DNA from: Ancylonema sp.
Taxonomy: Eukaryota
DNA: 64,000 nt
Reading direction: 5' to 3'
Assembly (NCBI GenBank): GCA_050230475.1
Contig: JBFLGF010000138.1
Location: 1 to 64,000 of the forward strand
The position numbers and the translations under genes are program-made. Position 1 is the stretch's first letter. Every line of letters starts with the position of its first letter. Of the stretch, positions 57,294 through 64,000 are shown one piece after another. The notes below the pieces were generated by a model. That model did no database searches. It was not told the DNA's origin and worked only from the letters and a program-made list of their open reading frames with translations.

Positions 57294-59380
57294 CTACACC
57301 TGATCTCCAGGATGGCGTGGCTTTCGGAGAACTTTCGGAACCATATCGACGGCCTCCAGTTCCGATGGTCGCATGCTGGATCCGGGGTTCATCATCCACG
57401 GAGGAATATTCGCCAGACTTTTCGCACTCCCCATCGTCCAGCTCGGAGTGCGGGGGATCGAACCCGCCGACCTAGGAGGTGATGTTGAACGCCGGTCCAC
57501 ACGTGTTTCCCCTTGGGAACGCTGACGTCGTGCCACCCTCGCTCCACCATTGGATACCGGTGCTTCAAATTCGCGATACGGCACGGGCTGTATTGATCCG
57601 GAATCCGTCATTTCGTCCGACCCTCCCGTCAACGGTGAATTGAGGCCAGTAGAACCTCGACTGTGGCGCTCGGCAGCAATCCCTATTTTTGCCGACTCTT
57701 CGTTTCCTTTGACGAGAGAAGGGAGAGAGCCCTTGGGCATATCTGTTTTCAGTACGATAAAAGATGTCAGGGATCAAAACTACAGAACATACGTCGAAGA
57801 CGATAACAGGTGTTCAAATTTAATCACAAAGTGTAAATCAGGATAACACACGTCATGACCGTGTGGTACATTGGAGCTTCATCCCCCCCCCCCCCCCATC
57901 CACAAATGTAGGGGGAAAGCCACTTCGTATCTTCTTTCGTATCGGTGCAATCATCGAGAACTTCTGTCCTCGACCCAAAGACGTATGTGTGACGTAGAGT
58001 TACGAAGCTCGCTGTCTATACCGGCTATTCAATCTTACTTGTGGATCGATGCTGCAGTGTGCGCCGTTGTGGACCTCCTTCGACTCCACTGACTTTCTCC
58101 GCGCCCTGGAAGTCCTTGACAATTTCGTCTTCTAGATTTGGAGCGCGCAGACACATCAGTAGGAGAAGATAGATGGAGAAGGTGGCAACCATACATCCCA
58201 GATAGACGGCGATGTACAGCTGCGGGCAGGTGGGAAGGAAGAGCCGTCAATACAATCGTGCGAAAAAAGATATGATTAAGGAAGATGACATTTTTGTCAT
58301 GAACTTGCTCTGGGTTTTTTAATTTTGTGCGCTGTAACCTAGTGCTGAGGAGGGATAAACAGAGCGACATTTTCTTTAAATATACATAAAAGAAGTACGG
58401 TCAGAACATGGGGTTGTGACCAGAAAAATAATGGATATATTTCCTACATAAAACAGCAACTTATCGACTGGATCAGAAATCACGTAAGAAACGTCATACA
58501 ACTACCGAGGTTTGAACATAATTTCCCGACATTCGAACGCCGCATGGATAAGCCAACGACGAAATCGATCAGACTGTCTTACCCATTTGTTCGAGGTTCC
58601 AGCGATGTCCATATACGTCTGAAGACCGAGCCAGGACGCGACAGTCGCGAGACCAACCATGAAGAAAGTCACCAATTGGAGACCTTTGCTGTAACCAGAC
58701 CGCCTCTTCACGCACCCAACGAACATTCCGAGAAGAAACACGAGCGCCGCCATGCCAAGAGTCGCAGTTCCGAGGATCGCGTGAAGATTTTTTAGCCCCT
58801 TGAGAGTGTTACCATCTGGAAGCTTGCAATAGGCTACGTATCCGCCACCGGCAGCCGCAAGAAATCCCACTGCGGAGACCAAAAAGTGGACCACGTGGAA
58901 TGAACGTCGGCGATTGGGCTGGAGAAGTGCCATTCTGGACAAGTACGAAGTGATAGGGGAGAGAATAGGTGATAGGGGAGTGATAGGGGAGAGCTTGCAT
59001 GCCGATGTGGTATATTGATGACGCGATATTAGCCGGTTATCCTTCACAGGTCGGATAATCATGAGTCATCGATGTAGAGCGTTCGTGGTCGATGAAACAT
59101 TGTCACCCTTCTCTTAGTTCATCGTTTGACGACCTCTGCCAGTTTTATTTTTGTGAAGCGAAAGTTGTTTCGGATCAGCTAACTGTTCGCTCGGATTGCG
59201 AAGATTTATTGACATGCAAAATAATCATACTACTCAGAAGTAGATGTGACCTGTAAAACCATACTACTTTTGCGTATACAATCCAGTAATTTAACCTGAG
59301 GATGACGAGGGTGTGCGGAAACGCAATGGCAATTGCAGCCGTCATGATGACGCCATGGTAACGATACCACATGTTGTTAA
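57294..59380 (-). CDS. Cytochrome b561-domain membrane protein with long hydrophilic C-terminal tail (5' exons unresolved, may be a pseudogene)
   Basis: Exons 59380-59296, 58934-58583, 58219-58039, 57742-57294 in consistent phase; five hydrophobic segments; His motifs YHGVIMT, VVHFLV, LHAILG. Confidence 0.7.
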
Positions 59381-59537
59381 CTGCAGAAAGCATCGTGAAA
59401 ATGAGATGGCTGAGTTTCGGCTCCTTCCAGGTTGTAATAAAAAAGTATCAGATGGTTGATATACTCATGTGAGAAAGCGCTACGTCAAAAACATGTATAA
59501 AAACTATCTATGCATGGAGCCTTCAACGATATCTGTA

Positions 59538-59568
<31 letters not shown>

Positions 59569-60251
59569 ACATAAATGGTAGAATGGGTCTCGCAAGAAAT
59601 CATTAGAACTCTGTTAGACTGTTCCCTGTCTTGTTTCCGGCGAACCATACGACATGCGAGGAAATTGCAAAATTATTCATTATTGATGGGACGTGAAACC
59701 GACTCGGATCTGGCGAGTGAATTCAATCATTACAGAAACCGAACCGATTAAATTGGTGGTCCAAATTCGAACCTTGAAAGTCGGTGAACGAAGATAATGA
59801 CCGGAAAGTACGGATCGTTCTATCGATGTGACATCGATAGAACGATTCTTCCGATGAATCCAGTCGTTGTCACCGTACGGAAATGTCACGCAGTTGTCCT
59901 GCAGTCCACAAATGTTCACAAATGAGAAAGTTTCCGTTTACTCATTTTCTTTTCTCGCCATGCGGATATTCGTAGTCGCATTGGTCTGATAATCCATGGC
60001 CCTGGCTTGAACTAAAATATAAACGGATATAACATTCCCAATATTGATACCATACATGGCACCACAAGACGTGAAAACGTTTCCGCCTGGTGTATACTGC
60101 GGGGCGGGGCCGCTCGGAGTGGGATTGTGTAACGGGGCGGGAAGTATCCACGATTTGAAAACAAATTGAAACTTAGGAATAAAAGACTCTTCCGCCTCGC
60201 CAAAAACATGAACAATTTTAATAAATATAATCGGGACCGCAAAACAAAACC

Positions 60252-60282
<31 letters not shown>

Positions 60283-61999
60283 AAAAACAAATTGAAAAAT
60301 GACGGAAGTCCGCCCCATTCATGCGGGGCGGTGCCAACTACGGTTCGTACTTAAAAAACCTATGAATTGAATTTTATGAAACTCCAGGCAAGCTGATAGC
60401 TGGGTTGCTCAACACCATTACAACCCTGGTTGGACTACGAAATATTAGCATCAAACATTGAGTCTCTTTCGCGACGTCTTCGTTCTCACAAACGTTCACT
60501 AAAGTGGGTTTTCAAGGTAATTAAATTTGTAAACACCTGCATTTCTTTGTCCGTTTATTCTTCGTTACTTTAATATTCGAATTCGATATTAAAGTGTATC
60601 AAGAGATTGCCCGCTTGTAGGTAGCTCTGACTATGCTGAAATTTATGCAACGTTAATCCAAGGCATCACAGTTTCCTATTGTTTTGAAGTGTTCTGGTAA
60701 AAGTTTAGGATTGCTAGGTGCCACATATACATTCGTTAATCATTGATAAGTGGAAGTGGTTTATAAATCTGAGGATCTGAATCCACGCAAGAATGATACT
60801 TGGATTACATTTGTAACACGAAAACTTCGAGGTGTGATGCCATCGAAATGGTGTGTGTTGCCCTCTAGATGTGATCCGCCTCACGTATGAGTAGGAAAGT
60901 ACTTGTTGATTTCCCGTGATATATATTTTGTAATTCCTCTCAATGACAAAGGTATTCCACAACTTTTTTATAAACATTTGGAGGGAAACCTTGTTGCATG
61001 GAACAAAACATTCTACATCGTCTCATCGAAGCCTCATCGTTAGATCATCGTTCTTATAAAGATCAAAGATCCTAGAATAAAAACCAAATTCTATGTCGAT
61101 TTTTTTTCACACTAAATGTATATGTAAACGGAATTTCAATGCATAGATAAATCACCACGACAAAAATTCCAAGCCATTCAAGTTCCATTTTCCCAAATCC
61201 CTGGTACAACGATGGCTCACACGAAAAATCCAGCACCTCGATACAAATAAATGACTATGGTACATATAATAAAGTTTTCAGGACGATCAATGTTTTTATA
61301 TGGCATCGCTACGGCCTCACAATTCTTGTATTGGCATTAAGGATTATACATTGGCATAGTTAAAAAAATAACGGAGGGTTCAAGTCGCGATGCATCGAAC
61401 ACTCCACAAAATAGATTCGAAATGATCCCGAAACATCTCCGAATGAGCCTAAGTGAGTCCAACTCATTGCCAAGTGTGCCAAATGATTTTTTTGCGTGAC
61501 TCTATCGAAAATTTACTCAAATAACTTTGAGTGACGTACGACTTCGGTTTTCAGAAATAAAAATCGCCATCGTTTTTTTAAAGTGTAGCGCGACAACCAT
61601 TTTGTCTTAATTTGTTGTTCATATCAAATTTGCGATACGGATATGAAATTTTGATTGCGGTACGGTCAATGTGGCGAACGATGTAACCTGTAGGACGATA
61701 AATCAAGTTTTGCGTTTCCTAGCGTTCACATTCTCGTGATACTAGCATGTGTGGGTCCACACTTTGTAGCCAAGTCAAAATTACTAAAGAGCCTTGATGA
61801 AGAGAATGTCAAATATATAGCTTACGCTAATAATTTTATCGCGCAGATGTTATTGCAACTTCAATTTTCAATCATCGCTGTCTCCCGTGTCTCTTGTCGT
61901 GAATTGTTGATTCTGTGTAATTTGTAATCACATTCCGTGCTCGTACCTTCCACTAGGGTGTAATATAAAACATGTCAACATCTCTCAACGCAAATGAAA

Positions 62000-62270
62000 T
62001 TGTCTTCTTGTTTTGATGACGAAAAACTAAAATTGAGGCGTAAGAGTTCGGTCAATTTGTTGTCATTCAATACAAACCAAAGCGATTCCATCCAAAAATC
62101 TTTGATTCAAGCATAATGATAATTTTCGACTCTCTTGAGTACCAGATTTAGTTGCTATGCTCGCTAGCGCTACTTGCGAGCAATGAGCGACTACCGATTC
62201 AACTTGCGAATGTCGCATGTGGCCTTGATTTGAATATCGAGTCAAGTCCTTACGATTGAAAGTCAACATC
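62000..62270 (-). mobile_element. Possible decayed hAT transposase C-terminal dimerisation domain
   Basis: LSLCLNQRFLDGIALVCIE*...F..KTRR resembles the hAT motif RSTMSQERLNGLALLSIE...FAKKKRR. Confidence 0.35.
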
Positions 62271-63120
62271 GATGTACGTCAACGAATTCCCCTATCTCAA
62301 AGTATGTCTTGTCCACAAATGTTTCAAAAAGTTCCCAAGTGTCCTTATTGTTACGAATGATTTCCAGTGCTATCTTAGTAGTTCCACGGTATTTCCGATA
62401 AGTCCCCAAGTGTTCCCATCAAACTAGAAATATCACACGATGTCTAATAGACCATCCATACAAAGAATCGATTTTTAAGCTTTATCGATATGATTGAGCG
62501 AGTGCCCAGCTAGTCTTTGTAAGACACAAACTAGCATAAATGCCGCATTCACTCGATCTAACACCATATGGGTTGTCCGTCATGCTCGATGGAAAAGATT
62601 GAAAAATGCAAATGAACAAATGAGTATTCACAATGCAGATAAGCGTAACGCATCAATACAATTTTTTTTTAAAGAAAAATGAGTACCCGAAATCCTTCGG
62701 TGAGTAACACATACATTTTGAGCGCAAAATGTCTTCACCATTCAGGCTTTCATTATCCACCATCGGAAAGTGAAGGTTACAAGTGACGCACACTTATACG
62801 TTAATATCAGATACTAGCCTTACAACAACATACCACTCAACATATTTGCTCAATACTCAGCCGGACAAAGTGGCATCATTAAACTTCCACTCCTTACGCT
62901 TTGAAAACGTTAGAATTGTAAAATGTACCGTATGTTGGTTTGATACAATAGGTAAAAAAAATCAGACGTGTGAGTCACAATATTGCGCAATCTAATTCGT
63001 TTTGAAGTGAAATTATTATTCGCAATCGAGATTTGCATCACCCTCCCGTCCGAAATTTGATATACCCTTCGATATGGCGATCGGAGTTTCGCGATCGCCC
63101 TTGTTATGGAGTCTCAGACA

Positions 63121-63813
63121 GAATTGACAGACCCAAACGCGCTACTCTTCGTGAACGACTACGCTTTAAAAGACAACCATGATGTAGAATCGAGTCCCGA
63201 AACGTACCTAGATTCTGTACATGAGTTGCTCGACACTGGTGCGCCTGTTGGCGGCATTGGAATTCAAGCGCACCCAATCACCCCGGTAGCCTGGCATGTG
63301 TACAATGTTTTTCAAACGTTATCAAAAGCGGGACTCCCGATATGGTTAACTCAATTAGTCGTGGAGTCGGAGGACGAGGGGTTGCATGCCGACCACTTGG
63401 AGATGATGTTAAGGGTCGCGTTCGCACATCCCGCCGTTGAAGGGGTAGTGTTGAAGAGTGTTTGCACATGGGAGGACCGTGGGGGCATAGGTGGGAGAAA
63501 CGCGCAGCTCGTCACGGGGGATTGGTCTCCTACTGAATCCGGAAAACGGTTGGAGGAGATTGTGAAGGAGTGGAGCAGCGGGAGGGTTTTGGGGACAATA
63601 CCCGGCCGGGGATCATTCTCGTCGAGGGGCTTTTTGGGGAGGTATAGAGTGGCGGTTGAAGTAGACGGGATGTACAAGGAAGAGGATTTTGTTTTGGAGA
63701 GAGGAGAAGGACCAAAAGTGGTCGATATCGTGATTGGAAGCGCAAAGGTTCAAGACTTTGCAGCCGTCCTTGAGCGAAGTGTTGCACAAGATTTTTTTGG
63801 TATCAAGAAGTAG
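63121..63813 (+). pseudogene. GH10 xylanase copy 3, 3' part
   Basis: Resumes at TDPNALLFVNDY, where the 5' part stopped (paralogs read MFQLAKTTDPNALL); nucleophile WLTE changed to WLTQ, LWGFW changed to LKSVC. Confidence 0.88.
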
Positions 63814-64000
63814 TAGTGAACAACTGCTCAAAGATTTATTTTCACTTGTCCTCAAATTGAATAGTGCCACGGTTTAGTTACTAAGATGCCCAATCAAGTT
63901 GTTGCTCGCGGTGGCCATAAAGCACCGAAACGAAGACGAAGTGTCAAGATACTGATGGGGAACGTGAAGATGCAGTAGTCGAATCCATTTTAGTCAAAAC

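Noticed and set aside
59860..59945. In-frame TGA codons as selenocysteine
   Set aside because: No redox-motif context or SECIS evidence; pseudogenisation or a wrong exon model is simpler.

Overview
Eukaryotic, intron-rich genomic DNA, most likely from a streptophyte (plant-type gene families; probably a charophyte alga or other non-seed lineage, which is inference). Spliced genes built by hand from GT-AG junctions with consistent phases: a probably plastid-targeted bacterial-type FkbM methyltransferase (+), a secreted subtilase (-), a FOREVER YOUNG-like short-chain dehydrogenase (-), KRR1 (+), and three CBM + GH10 endo-xylanase paralogs (two intact and divergent, one broken). The third xylanase is split by a ~9 kb foreign segment carrying the 3' end of an acyl-CoA thioesterase gene and a cytochrome b561-domain gene. 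The most unusual object is a decayed Ty1/copia element (42300-47528) bounded by ~217 bp INVERTED terminal repeats instead of direct LTRs, yet with TG...CA ends and a matching 5-bp flanking duplication (TGTGT). Also present: several TA-flanked Tc1/mariner-pogo-type MITEs (nested and back-to-back), a foldback repeat, two subtilase introns sharing an identical ~99 bp 3' segment, and many intronic tandem repeats. No tRNA, rRNA or CRISPR array was recognised. Family assignments are from motif recognition only, no searches were run.
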